From Dehalococcoidia bacterium (GTDB lineage Bacteria; Chloroflexota; Dehalococcoidia; UBA2979): a stretch of DNA of 64,000 nt. The first letter of the stretch is position 1; each line of letters opens with the position of its first letter. The notes under the pieces are model-generated. The model saw nothing but the letters and a program-made list of their open reading frames with translations, was not told the origin of the DNA and did no database searches. Of this stretch, positions 38,340 to 48,181 are shown in pieces. The DNA lies in the NCBI GenBank assembly GCA_963667465.2, contig CAXXDN010000002.1, positions 1,440,001 to 1,504,000 of the forward strand. The letters run 5' to 3'. The position numbers were made by a program, and so were the translations under genes.

Positions 38340-40004
38340 CTAGCGCGGGGCGAGCCAGCGGAACTCCTGCGGCTTGCGCTTCGCCTGCGGGTCGATCGGG
38401 ACGTGGATCAGCGAGGGGCCGTCGAGCGTCAGCGCCTCCTCCAGCGCCGCCTCGATCTGCTCCGGCGTCTCGCAGTGGTAGCCGACGCCGCCAAGGCCTT
38501 CCATCACCTTGTCGTAGCGCGTGCCGGGGTTGAGGCCGCCCGGGGGCAGGGTCTCGCGCTCGAAGTGCTCGAGCGGCGTCCCGCCGATGCCGTTGTTGTT
38601 GACCACCACCCAGGTGATCGGCAGCCCGTGGCGCACGGCCACCTCGCACTCCATGCCGGCGAAGCCGAACGCCGAGTCGCCCTGCACGCAGATCACGCGC
38701 TGGTTCGGGTTCTCGACCTGGGCGGCGACCGCGAAGCCGTGACCGAGGCCCATTGAGCCGAAGCTGCCCGCGTCGAGGCGCTGGCGCGCCGCGAAGTTAT
38801 CGAGCAGCGTGCGGCCGATCGCCATCGTGCCCTCGCCCTCGGTGACGTAGACGGCGTCGCGAGGAGCCAGCCGGCGCACGATGTCGAGCGTGGTGTAGTA
38901 GCCGAACGGCTCGCCGTCGCGGCCCGCGCCGATCATGCCTTCGACCAGCTCCTGGTTCTTGCGCGCCTCGGAACGCACGGTCTGCAGCCACTCGGAGTCC
39001 TGCGGGAACTGCCACGGCTCCTCGTCGAGCGCGTCGAGCAGCTGGCCGAGCGTCACCTTCGCGTCGCCGACGAGGCCGACCTCGGTCGGCACGTTGACGC
39101 CGATCTCCTCGGGGTTGGAGTCGAGCTGGACGACGCGCACGTCGTCGCGCCAGCGCGGCGGCTGGCCGAAGTGCAGCATCCAGTTGAGGCGGGCGGCGGC
39201 GAGGAATACGAGGTCCGTGTTCTTCAGCACGAAGCTGCGCGCCGCCGCGATCGACTGCGGGTGGTCGTCGGGCAGGATCCCGCGCGCCATGGGCATCGCG
39301 AGGTAGGGGATGCCGGTCTGCTCGACGAAGCGGCGCATCTCCGCCTCGGCGCGGCCGAAGGAGACGCCCTTGCCGATCACGATCAGCGGCTGCTCGGCGG
39401 TCTTGAGGGCGGCGAGGGCATCCGCGACGGCCGAGTCGTCGGCGCGCAGGCGCGGCGGGTCCGGCACGCGCGGCGCCCACTCGACGTCTTCCTCGTCGAC
39501 CTCGTCGAAGATGATGTTGCCCGGCAGGTCGAGGTAGGACGGGCCGGGGGTGCCGTTGATCGCCTTGCGCACGGCCTCGGCGACGTAGAGCGGGAGGCGC
39601 TCGGTGCTCTCGGCGCGGCGCGCGTACTTGGCGTAGGGGGCCATCGCGGCGACCTGCTCGGCCTCCTGGAAGTCGCCCATGTCGGCGCGGGTCGCGTCGG
39701 AGGCGCCACCGAGCATCAGCAGCGGCCAGCGGTTGGACCAGGCGTTGGCGAAAGCGCCGACGGCGTTGAGCGCGCCCGGTCCGGAGACGACGAGGCTGAC
39801 GCCGATGCGGCCGTTGAGGTAGCCGGTCGCCTGCCCGGCGTACGTCGCGGGCATCTCGTGGCGCATGCCGTAGTAGCGGATGCCCTCGCGCTGGGCGGCG
39901 GCAGCGATGCCGCTGACGGGGATGCCGACCACCCCGTAGATGGTCTCGACGCCCTGCGTCTTGAGTGCGCGCGCGATGATGGTCTCGCCGTTGATCTTCG
40001 CCAT
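38340..40004 (-). CDS. TPP-dependent oxalyl-CoA decarboxylase / 2-hydroxyacyl-CoA lyase family
   Basis: YGVVGIPV, LVVSGPG, LNWMLHFG, RLDAGSFGSMG, GDSAFGFAGME, NNNGI, RKPQEFRWL. Confidence 0.88.
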   Translation of the reverse strand: MAKINGETIIARALKTQGVETIYGVVGIPVSGIAAAAQREGIRYYGMRHEMPATYAGQATGYLNGRIGVSLVVSGPGALNAVGAFANAWSNRWPLLMLGGASDATRADMGDFQEAEQVAAMAPYAKYARRAESTERLPLYVAEAVRKAINGTPGPSYLDLPGNIIFDEVDEEDVEWAPRVPDPPRLRADDSAVADALAALKTAEQPLIVIGKGVSFGRAEAEMRRFVEQTGIPYLAMPMARGILPDDHPQSIAAARSFVLKNTDLVFLAAARLNWMLHFGQPPRWRDDVRVVQLDSNPEEIGVNVPTEVGLVGDAKVTLGQLLDALDEEPWQFPQDSEWLQTVRSEARKNQELVEGMIGAGRDGEPFGYYTTLDIVRRLAPRDAVYVTEGEGTMAIGRTLLDNFAARQRLDAGSFGSMGLGHGFAVAAQVENPNQRVICVQGDSAFGFAGMECEVAVRHGLPITWVVVNNNGIGGTPLEHFERETLPPGGLNPGTRYDKVMEGLGGVGYHCETPEQIEAALEEALTLDGPSLIHVPIDPQAKRKPQEFRWLAPR

Positions 40005-40460
40005 CGGAGCCCCGCCTTCCGTGCGGCTGTGACGTGTGCGTGCGCGATGGTACGTGATCGCACCGTTGACCGCGCAGGTGGGGCGGGAACGAGGGTCGGC
40101 ATTCGCGCCAGCGCTGGCATTCGGCTGGACAATCACTCAAACGCGCTCAGCCGTGAGGCTCATGACTGATGCACACAGACGAGGAGACGCGCGAGTCCGC
40201 CCAGTGGGAGGTCTCGGCGGCCCGGCAGGAGATAAGCGTCTCGCAGCGCGTGGCTGGCCTGCTCCGAGAGCAGCTGGCAAGGGGCGATCGCTACGAACGG
40301 GCCGGCTCCTCACAATTCGCACAGGAGCCTCGGGACCTGAGTTCCGGATCCTCGGTGCAGCCTGCCGCAACAGGCGGCCGACAAGACCGTTCACCTCGGT
40401 AACGTCGCGAACTCACGGCCAGCAACGGAGAATCGCTACCGCAACCACTCCCTGCTGCGC

Positions 40461-40486
40461 TACAATGCTGCTGCGAAGATTTGCAG
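40461..40486 (+). promoter_or_regulatory. -10 (TACAAT) and candidate Fur-family operator CTGCGAAGATTTGCAG
   Basis: Imperfect 16-bp palindrome between the -10 and the RBS of the regulator gene. Confidence 0.45.
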
Positions 40487-40495
40487 GAGGCGACC

Positions 40496-40939
40496 GTGAG
40501 CTGCGAGCCCGAAATCGCCCAGGCCGTACGCGAACGAGGCCGCAGGCTCACCATCCAGCGCGCCAAGATCCTCAGCGCCCTGCGCCACGCCAGCGACCAC
40601 CAGAGCGCCGAACAGATCCTCGAGCGCGTCCGCGACAACGACCCCCACGCCGACATCTCGCTCTCCACCGTCTACCGCACCCTCGAGACCTCCACGGACC
40701 TGCACCTCACCTCCGAGCTGCGCGGCGCCTCCGGCATCTCCGTCTATGAGTGGAACGACCCGGACACCACGCACCACCACCTCGAGTGCCGCGGCTGCGG
40801 CGCCACCGAGGAGGTCGACCTCTCCTCGCTCCAGATCGCGGAGGCGGAGATCCGCGAGCGCGCGGGCTTCACGGCCGACATCCGCCACCTGGCGATCCCC
40901 GGGCGCTGCGCGGACTGCGGCCCGGACGCCGCGGGCTAG
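40496..40939 (+). CDS. Fur family transcriptional regulator
   Basis: RLTIQR, STVYRTL, HHHLECRGCG, GRCADC; RBS AGGAGG. Confidence 0.92.
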   Translation: MSCEPEIAQAVRERGRRLTIQRAKILSALRHASDHQSAEQILERVRDNDPHADISLSTVYRTLETSTDLHLTSELRGASGISVYEWNDPDTTHHHLECRGCGATEEVDLSSLQIAEAEIRERAGFTADIRHLAIPGRCADCGPDAAG

Positions 40940-40954
40940 CGAGGGACGCGCGCG

Positions 40955-41653
40955 ATGGCAGCCGCAGACCCGCTGGGCGCAATCGCGACGACTGCGCAGC
41001 CCGCGCTGCACATCCCGGACGGCTTCGTCAGCGCGCCGGTCGCCGCCGTCGGCTGGGTCGCCGCCGCGGGTCTGATCGCCTTCGCGGCGCGGAAGGCGGA
41101 CCGCAACCTGGAGGAGCGCGCGATCCCGCTGATGGGCGTCAGCGCCGCCTTCATCTTCGCCGCGCAGATGGTCAACTTCCCCGTCGCGGGCGGCACCTCG
41201 GGGCACCTGCTCGGCGGGGCGCTCGCCGCGATCCTGCTCGGGCCATGGGCGGCGATCATCGTGATGACCGCGGTGGTCGCATTGCAGGCGCTGCTCTTCC
41301 AGGACGGCGGGCTGGCCGCGCTCGGTGTGAACACGCTCAACATCGCCGTGCTCACCGTGCTCGTGAGCTGGGCCGTCTACCGAGGGCTCTCGCCGCTCGG
41401 CAGGCTGCACCCGGTGCTGCCCGCCGTCGCCGCCTTCGCCGCGGCCTGGCTCTCCGTTGAGGCGGCAGCGATCGCGACCGCGCTGCAGCTTGCCGTCTCC
41501 GGCACCTCGTCCCTCGAGGTCGCGCTGCCCGCGCTGGTCGGCGTGCACGCGCTGATCGGCATCGGCGAGGGCGCGATCACGCTCGGCGCGCTCGCCCTCG
41601 TGCGCACGGCAAGGCCGGACCTGCTCTCGAGGCCTGCCCGGGTGGGGGTGTAA
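40955..41653 (+). CDS. cbiM: Co/Ni ECF transporter S component CbiM/NikM
   Basis: HIPDGF, FAAQMVNFPV, GTSGHLLGG, QALLFQDGG, HALIGIGEG. Confidence 0.92.
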   Translation: MAAADPLGAIATTAQPALHIPDGFVSAPVAAVGWVAAAGLIAFAARKADRNLEERAIPLMGVSAAFIFAAQMVNFPVAGGTSGHLLGGALAAILLGPWAAIIVMTAVVALQALLFQDGGLAALGVNTLNIAVLTVLVSWAVYRGLSPLGRLHPVLPAVAAFAAAWLSVEAAAIATALQLAVSGTSSLEVALPALVGVHALIGIGEGAITLGALALVRTARPDLLSRPARVGV

Positions 41654-41655
41654 CG

Positions 41656-41988
41656 ATGCGCCGCCGCAACCTCGCGCTGCTCGCGGGTGGACTCGCGGTC
41701 GCGCTGCTTGTCGTGTTCGCGCTCGCCCCGAACGCCTCGGCCCAGCCGGATGGCCTCGAGCGTGTCGCCGCGGACCAGGGCTTCGCCGACCGCGCGCAAG
41801 ACGCGCCGCACTCGCTGCTGCCCGACTACACGGTTCCCGGCGTCGAGGACGAGACACGCTCGACAATCTTCGCGGGGGTGATCGGGGTGGCCGTGGTCGC
41901 CACGGTCGCGCTGCTGGCCGGCTGGGCCCTGCGCACGCGCTCGTCCCGCCGCGAGGCACGCGACAGCACCCCGATCGGGCCGCCCTAG
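41656..41988 (+). CDS. PDGLE-domain membrane protein (NikN-like)
   Basis: ASAQPDGLERVA, LLPDY, two hydrophobic segments. Confidence 0.9.
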   Translation: MRRRNLALLAGGLAVALLVVFALAPNASAQPDGLERVAADQGFADRAQDAPHSLLPDYTVPGVEDETRSTIFAGVIGVAVVATVALLAGWALRTRSSRREARDSTPIGPP

Positions 41989-42013
41989 CGCGCCGGGCGG
42001 CGGATTCGTCGGC

Positions 42014-42802
42014 ATGGCCCTGCACGCGCTCGTCGAGCGCTACGAGGCGCGCGAGAGCGCCATCCACCGCTGCGACGCGCGGCTCAAGCTGATCGCCGCG
42101 CTCGCCTGCATCTTCGCCGTCACGCTGACCCGCGAGGGCGATGCGATCGCTCTCGCGCTGCTCGCCCTGCCGGCTGCGGCGATTGTCGCTGCGGCGAAGC
42201 TGCCGCCGCTGCTCGTGCTGCGGCGCTCGCTGATCGCCGCGCCGTTCCTGCTCGTCGCCGTGCCGCTGCTCTTCACCCGCTCCGGCGAGACGATCGCGAC
42301 GCTGCCGCTGCTCGGTTGGACGGTCAGCGACGAAGGCCTCATGGCGGTGCTCACGATCCTCGGCAAGTCGTGGCTCTCGGTGGTGATCGCGGTCGTGCTG
42401 ACGGCGACCACGCAGCAGCCGGACCTGCTGCGCGCCCTGCGGACGCTGCGCGTCCCGAAGCTTCTCGTCGCGACGGTCGAGTTCGCCTACCGCTACCTCT
42501 TCGTGGTCGGCGACGAGGCGTCGCGGATGCTGCAGGCGCGCGCCAGCCGCAGCGGCGCCCTCGAGGGCCAACGACCGGGCGGCGGGCTGCGCTGGCGGGC
42601 GCGGGTCGCGGGCCACCTTGTGGGGACGTTGTTCGTGCGCTCGCTGGAGCGCAGCGAGCGGGTACACGGCGCGATGCGCGCGCGCGGCTACGACGGCGAG
42701 CCGCGCTTCCTCGCCGCGCCTCCGTTGCACTTCGCCGGCGTCGTCGCGGCCGTGGCGCTCGCGCTCTACGGCTACGCCGTGCAGGTCGCGGTGCGGCTAT
42801 GA
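42014..42802 (+). CDS. cbiQ: ECF transporter T component
   Basis: SAIHRCDARLK, YRYLFV, RSLERSERV, MRARGY. Confidence 0.92.
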   Translation: MALHALVERYEARESAIHRCDARLKLIAALACIFAVTLTREGDAIALALLALPAAAIVAAAKLPPLLVLRRSLIAAPFLLVAVPLLFTRSGETIATLPLLGWTVSDEGLMAVLTILGKSWLSVVIAVVLTATTQQPDLLRALRTLRVPKLLVATVEFAYRYLFVVGDEASRMLQARASRSGALEGQRPGGGLRWRARVAGHLVGTLFVRSLERSERVHGAMRARGYDGEPRFLAAPPLHFAGVVAAVALALYGYAVQVAVRL

Positions 42803-43548
42803 CAGCCGCGCAGCCACCCGCGGTGGCCGACCTCGCGCTGCGCGGCGTGCGCTACGTCTACCCCGACGGCACGCCCGGCCTCGACGGTATCGACCTCGAG
42901 ATCGCGGCCGGCGAGCGGGTGGCGCTGCTCGGGCCGAACGGCGCGGGGAAGTCGACGCTGCTCTTGCAGCTCAACGGGCTGCTGCGGGGCGAAGGCGCGA
43001 TCGAGGTGCGCGGGCGGCTGCTGGAGGACTCGAGCCTCGCCGCGATCCGCGCGCAGGTCGGGCTGCTCTTCTCAAACCCGGACGACCAGCTCTTCTCGCC
43101 GACCGTGCTCGACGACGTCTCCTACGGGCCGCTGCACCAGGGGCTGGTCGAGAACGAGGTGCTGCGACGGGCGCAGGCCGCCCTCGCCGAGGTGGGGATG
43201 AGCGGCTACGAGGCGCGTACCCCGCACCGCCTCAGCCTCGGCGAGAAGAAGCGGATCGCGATCGCCACGGTGCTTTCGATGCGGCCTGCCATCCTCGCGC
43301 TCGACGAGCCCACCGCCTCGCTCGCGCCGGGCGCCCGCGCGGAGCTGATCGCGCTGCTGCGCGCCCTGCCGCAGACGCAGCTGCTGGCGACGCACGACCT
43401 CGGCCTCGCCCGCGAGCTCGCGACGCGCGCCCTGGTGCTCGACGGCGGGCACATCGTCGCCGACGGGCCGACGGCCGAGATCCTCGGCGATCCAACGCTG
43501 CTGCACGCGCACGGCCTGGCGACGGACGGCGTGCCGTCCGAGGCGTGA
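42799..43548 (+). CDS. cbiO: ECF transporter ATPase
   Basis: GPNGAGKST, NPDDQLF, LSLGEKKR, LDEPT. Confidence 0.92.
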   Translation: MTAAQPPAVADLALRGVRYVYPDGTPGLDGIDLEIAAGERVALLGPNGAGKSTLLLQLNGLLRGEGAIEVRGRLLEDSSLAAIRAQVGLLFSNPDDQLFSPTVLDDVSYGPLHQGLVENEVLRRAQAALAEVGMSGYEARTPHRLSLGEKKRIAIATVLSMRPAILALDEPTASLAPGARAELIALLRALPQTQLLATHDLGLARELATRALVLDGGHIVADGPTAEILGDPTLLHAHGLATDGVPSEA

Positions 43549-43558
43549 CGGGCGGCGC

Positions 43559-43807
43559 TCAGGCGCTCCCGGTGTTCGCCCGTCCGCCGCGGCTGCCGAA
43601 GTAGAAGCCGGTGACCGTCCCCGCCTCGAGCGCGAGCGCGCCAAGCAGCCCGATCGCCGCCTCGATGCGTCCGATCTGGAGCAGCCAGGCGGCCGCCGCC
43701 GCGTGCGTCACCGCGAACGACCCGACAATGCCCATCGCCAGGTAGGCGCGCACGCTGCCCGCCGGTTTCCCCAGCGGCGCCTGCCCGCTCACGTCCGTCA
43801 CCGCCAT
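43559..43807 (-). CDS. Small membrane protein of unknown function
   Basis: PLGKPAGSVRA, two hydrophobic helices, GFYFGSR. Confidence 0.6.
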   Translation of the reverse strand: MAVTDVSGQAPLGKPAGSVRAYLAMGIVGSFAVTHAAAAAWLLQIGRIEAAIGLLGALALEAGTVTGFYFGSRGGRANTGSA

Positions 43808-43950
43808 CCCGCACCGTCCCTTCGCGCCTCGCCACTTGCGAGGGCGCACAGCGTGACGGCGCGCGCTCGCGCCTCCAACGCCCGGATGGCGCTGGGTGGC
43901 CGGTGGTTGGCGAGTGGACAGGCCGCCGTGGAGGCGGGTTCAATGCGATC

Positions 43951-44025
43951 GGGCCCGTAGCTCAGCGGTAGAGCAGTGGACTTTTAATCCATCGGTCGGA
44001 GGTTCGATCCCTCCCGGGCCTACCA
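43951..44025 (+). tRNA. tRNA-Lys (anticodon TTT)
   Basis: Acceptor GGGCCCG/CGGGCCT, D arm, anticodon loop CTTTTAA, GGTTCGATCC, encoded CCA. Confidence 0.97.
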
Positions 44026-44046
44026 ACGGTGAATCAGGCCGCCTCG

Positions 44047-44910
44047 CTACCCCGCGGCGGACCCGCCCGGGGACCAGCCGTAGATGCGCTCCAGGCTGCC
44101 GCCCATCAGCGCCGCGCGCTCGCTGTCGGAGAGCTGGTCAGTGACCCGGAACGCCTCGACGCCCTGCCCGTAGGTGAGCAGGTTGACGGCTCGCGTCCAG
44201 TCGGTCCCCCACAGGCAGCGATCGAACCCGAACGCCTCGAAGACCCGGCTCAGCGGCTCCCAGATGTCGGGGTACGGGAACGGCTCGTGCGCCAGCGTGC
44301 AGGCGCCGGACACCTTGATCGCGACGTGGTCGAACTCGGCCAGCGTCAGCACCTCGTCGAGCTCGGCCCATGGCTCGTCGGGCGGTGGCGGGTGGTGCGG
44401 CTGCGTCAGGCCGAGGTGGTCGATGACGAGCTGCGTGTTCGGGTGCCGCCGCGCGATTTCGCGGAAGAGCGGCACCTTGCTGGTGCACAGCACGTTGACG
44501 GGGATGTCCGCCGCCGCGCCGGCCTCCATCACCTGATCGAGACCGGGGTGGTCGGCCTCGATCTCCACATACCTGAGCACGATCCGGGCGCCGACCACGC
44601 CGGGGTTGGCCGTCCACTCCTCGACCTCCGCCCCGACCGTCTCCGAGAGGGGGTCGAACGGCCTGATCAGCCCGAAGCGGTCCGGATACCTGGCTCCCAT
44701 CGCCAGCGCGTAGCTGCCGTCGTAGCCGTAGATGCGGTAGGGCGAGATCAGCAGGGCGCCGTCGACGCCCACCTCGTCCATCGCTTCGACCATCTGCTCG
44801 CCGGTGACCTCCTCGGGCCCCGTCAGCTCGCCAACCCAGGGGTTCTCCGGGCTGTTGCGCTCGTAGGCATGCACCTGGCAGTCGATGATCGGTGTGCTGT
44901 CGTTCGGCAT
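44047..44910 (-). CDS. Amidohydrolase family protein
   Basis: IIDCQVH, VIDHLG, IKVSG, LWGTDW. Confidence 0.88.
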   Translation of the reverse strand: MPNDSTPIIDCQVHAYERNSPENPWVGELTGPEEVTGEQMVEAMDEVGVDGALLISPYRIYGYDGSYALAMGARYPDRFGLIRPFDPLSETVGAEVEEWTANPGVVGARIVLRYVEIEADHPGLDQVMEAGAAADIPVNVLCTSKVPLFREIARRHPNTQLVIDHLGLTQPHHPPPPDEPWAELDEVLTLAEFDHVAIKVSGACTLAHEPFPYPDIWEPLSRVFEAFGFDRCLWGTDWTRAVNLLTYGQGVEAFRVTDQLSDSERAALMGGSLERIYGWSPGGSAAG

Positions 44911-45014
44911 GGCAGGTCGGCCTCGTTTCCTCGCGCGCCTACGGTACTGCGCCGGCGCTGCCGTGTGCACGGGCGCGCCGCCGCAGGGGCTACAGTGGCG
45001 CCGGGAGGTGCCGC

Positions 45015-45830
45015 ATGGCGTTTCAGATGGACCCTGAGCAGCTTGGACTCGTCGACCAGGTGGCGCTCGTCACCGGAGGCGCGCGCGGCATCGGCAAGGG
45101 CTGCGCACTCCAGCTCGCCCGCGCCGGCTGCCACATCGCCATCGCCGACCTCGACGAGGAGACTGCCTCGGCCACAGCTCGCGAGATCGAGGCGCTCGGC
45201 CGCCAGGCCGAGGTCGTCATCGCCAACGTGCGCGAGGAGGACCAGGTCAGCGCGATGGTCGAGGAGGTCGTCGCGCGCCTCGGCGGGCTCGACGTGGCGG
45301 TCAACAACGTCGGCAACCCGACGGGGCTGCGGCCGTTCCTCGACTACTCGACCGAGCTCTGGCACGACATCGTCGATCAGAACCTGACGAGCTCCTACCT
45401 CTGCTCCCAGGCCGAGGCGAGAAGCATGGTCGAGCGGGGGATCGCGGGCCGCATCGTCACCATCGCGTCCTCGAGCGGGATCGTCGGCGCGCCCAACATC
45501 GTCGCCTACGGGGCGGCGAAGGCGGGCGTGATCCACATGACGAAGACGCTCGCGATGGAGCTCGCCCCGCACGGAATCCGCGTCAACTGCATCGTGCCCG
45601 GCACGCACCTGACGGAGAAGGCAGCGGCGAACACCGACCCGGCGACGGTCGCCTTCCGCGAGGCCGCCGCGAAGGCGCCGCCGCTCGCCCGCCTCGGCGA
45701 CCCGCTGGAGACGGGAGGCCTCGCGGTCTTCTTCGCCTCGCGGCTCTCCGCGTACGTGACCGGGCACAGCCTGCTCTCCGACGGCGGCGTCACGCACACG
45801 ACGGCGCGGCCGGCGGTGCCGCCGGGGTAG
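45015..45830 (+). CDS. Short-chain dehydrogenase/reductase
   Basis: TGGARGIG, NNVG, YGAAK. Confidence 0.92.
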   Translation: MAFQMDPEQLGLVDQVALVTGGARGIGKGCALQLARAGCHIAIADLDEETASATAREIEALGRQAEVVIANVREEDQVSAMVEEVVARLGGLDVAVNNVGNPTGLRPFLDYSTELWHDIVDQNLTSSYLCSQAEARSMVERGIAGRIVTIASSSGIVGAPNIVAYGAAKAGVIHMTKTLAMELAPHGIRVNCIVPGTHLTEKAAANTDPATVAFREAAAKAPPLARLGDPLETGGLAVFFASRLSAYVTGHSLLSDGGVTHTTARPAVPPG

Positions 45831-45871
45831 CGCGCGGCGCTCAGGACGGGCAGCGAGGAGAGGAGCACGCA

Positions 45872-46783
45872 GTGGCGCAAGAACTGGAGGGCCGCGTCGC
45901 CCTGATTACGGGGGCGAGCCGGGGCATCGGACAGGCGATCGCGGTGCGCATGGCCGCCGAGGGCGCGCGCGTCGCCCTGATCGGCCGCGACGAGGCGACG
46001 CGGCGCACGGACCTCTCCGGCACGCTCGACGAGGGCCTCGCGCTCATCGCCGGGATCGGCGGCGAGGCGATCGCCGTGCGAGCGGACATCGCCGACACGG
46101 AGGCGGACAAGGGCGCGGTCGTCGAGGAGGTCGTGGCGGCCTTCGGGCGCTCGCCGGACATCCTCGTGCACAGCGCGGCCGCACCGCGCGAGTTCCGGAT
46201 GGACTGGCACATCCCGTTCGCCGAGACCGAGGCGGAGTGGTTCATGCGCGGCGTGCTGGTCAACGTCTGGGGCGGCTGGGATCTGGCGAAGGCCGTCATC
46301 CCCGGCATGCGCGAGCACGGCGAGGGCTGGCTCCTCTTCGTCTCCTCGCAGCAGGCGGCGCCCCGCCCGACCCCCGTCGGCGGCGGCCCGGCCAGCCCGA
46401 TGGGTGGCTCCTGCATCTACGGCGGCACGAAGGCGTTCCTCGACCGCGTCACTACTGGCGCGGCGATGGAGCTCTACGCGGACGGCATCGCCGTCAACAG
46501 CCTCGCCCCAACCGGCGCGATCGCCACGCCGCTCTCGGTCTCCGTCGGCGTGCCGCCGGAGGGCACGGAGCCGATGGAGACGTTCGTCGAGGCCTCGCTG
46601 GCGCTCTGCACCGGCGACCCGGCGACACTGACGAGCCGCATCGTCAACACCCTGCCGCTGCTGCACGAGTTGCAGCGGCCGGTCCGCACGCTCGACGGCT
46701 CAGCGCTGTTCGAGGGTTGGCAACCCGACCACGAGGACGAGCGCCGCTTCCACCGCAACTACCTCACGGCGACCGGCCACTGA
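45872..46783 (+). CDS. Short-chain dehydrogenase/reductase
   Basis: TGASRGIG, YGGTK. Confidence 0.88.
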   Translation: MAQELEGRVALITGASRGIGQAIAVRMAAEGARVALIGRDEATRRTDLSGTLDEGLALIAGIGGEAIAVRADIADTEADKGAVVEEVVAAFGRSPDILVHSAAAPREFRMDWHIPFAETEAEWFMRGVLVNVWGGWDLAKAVIPGMREHGEGWLLFVSSQQAAPRPTPVGGGPASPMGGSCIYGGTKAFLDRVTTGAAMELYADGIAVNSLAPTGAIATPLSVSVGVPPEGTEPMETFVEASLALCTGDPATLTSRIVNTLPLLHELQRPVRTLDGSALFEGWQPDHEDERRFHRNYLTATGH

Positions 46784-46799
46784 GGAACGGGCCGAGGGC

Positions 46800-48137
46800 C
46801 TAGTCGGGGCTTGCGCCCCAGACGATGAAGTCGGCGTGGTAGAGCGGCAGCGGGCCGCCGGAGACTCCGATCTCGGCCGGCTTGCTGATCTGCCGGTCGC
46901 CGGCGCGCCCCTGGATCTGCTGGATCGAGTCGGTGTGCATCCAGAAGCGGGTGCGCCCGCTGCCGACGTTGCCGCCGCTGGGCGAGACGGGGTGCGGGCC
47001 CTCGATACTGATGTCCTCCTGGAAGAGGTCGAGGCCCTCGCCCTCCTTCACGCCGGCGAAACCGAGGCCCTCCATGTGGAAGACGTGGAAAAGGCTGAAC
47101 CCGTCGTACATGTTCTCGAAGCTCAGGTCGCTCGCGCTGATCCCGGCGCCTTCGAGGAGCTTGCGCCCGGTGCTCGCGCAGGACCGCTGTGCCTCCTCGA
47201 GGGGCTGGTTGAGCCCGCGCTGGATCGTGCGGTCGGCGGCGTGGTTGAGGATGTAGGCGGGCTTCTGCTTCATGTCCTTCGCGCGCTCGGCCGTGGTGAT
47301 GACATACGCCGCCGCAGTGTGGATCGGAATGTCGTTGTCGAAGAGGTTGGCCGGCTTGGCGATCCAGCGCGACTCCTGGTAGTCCTCGGGGGTGAGCTCC
47401 TCGGGACGGTGCTGGTACCAGTAGCCCTCGGGGAACATCAGGCCGTTGCGCCGGGAGTTCACCATGAAGGGCGTCATCATCTCCTTGGTCTTGCCGTACT
47501 TCCAGAGGTAGCGCTGGAACTGCTGGGCCGTGCCCCAGGAGTTCGCTGAACCGTAGGGGTTCGACCACTTCTGGTTTCCGGAGATCGTCTCCTCGGCATT
47601 TGCGCCACCGTGGCTGTAGCGGCCCTCGAGATTGTGCCAGGCCTTCAGCACCAGGCAGGTACCGGTCATCCCGTCGCCGACGGCCTGCGCGGCGATCGCG
47701 ATCGCGTTGGACATGCAGTCCATCCCCGCCATGACGAACTTGACGTTCGTCAGCTCCGGCATGTTCTTGAGCAGCCACGTGTCGGTGAGCTTGGCGATGC
47801 CATCGAGAGGATCGTCGGTGGTCTCGTAGGCGTTGACGACGTCCATCGGGATCGGCCGGTCAGCGGGCCAGTGCGCGCCGGTCGTGGTCGTCGGCAGGAA
47901 GACGAGCCCGTCGATCTCCTCCGGCGGCACGCCGGCGTCATCGATCGCCTTGCGTAGCGCCAGCAGGCTCCAGGCGCCGATCGTGTTCTCGGCAGTGCCA
48001 TCCCAGCGGCGTGCCGTCGGCGAGTGGCCGATGCCGACCGCCGCAACCTTGCCCTTGTGCTCCCAGACCCCCAGCCCCTCCTGGCTGCGGAAGATCGATT
48101 CGGGCGCGTTGCTGCCAAGACGGTTGGGCGTGGGCAT
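46800..48137 (-). CDS. Thiolase-superfamily protein, divergent
   Basis: KVAAVGIGHS, MYDGFS, SPSGGNVGSG; directly downstream of an OB-fold gene. Confidence 0.8.
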   Translation of the reverse strand: MPTPNRLGSNAPESIFRSQEGLGVWEHKGKVAAVGIGHSPTARRWDGTAENTIGAWSLLALRKAIDDAGVPPEEIDGLVFLPTTTTGAHWPADRPIPMDVVNAYETTDDPLDGIAKLTDTWLLKNMPELTNVKFVMAGMDCMSNAIAIAAQAVGDGMTGTCLVLKAWHNLEGRYSHGGANAEETISGNQKWSNPYGSANSWGTAQQFQRYLWKYGKTKEMMTPFMVNSRRNGLMFPEGYWYQHRPEELTPEDYQESRWIAKPANLFDNDIPIHTAAAYVITTAERAKDMKQKPAYILNHAADRTIQRGLNQPLEEAQRSCASTGRKLLEGAGISASDLSFENMYDGFSLFHVFHMEGLGFAGVKEGEGLDLFQEDISIEGPHPVSPSGGNVGSGRTRFWMHTDSIQQIQGRAGDRQISKPAEIGVSGGPLPLYHADFIVWGASPD

Positions 48138-48181
48138 CGGCGATTCCTTTCGGGCTGTGCCGCGTCGCTTCGGGCGGGTTG

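Noticed and set aside
40325-40365. TPP riboswitch-like GGACCTGA
   Set aside because: No CTGAGA element or matching stems; wrong strand for the TPP enzyme
43951-44046. Genomic island integrated at tRNA-Lys
   Set aside because: No integrase, no duplicated tRNA 3' end seen, and no compositional shift downstream
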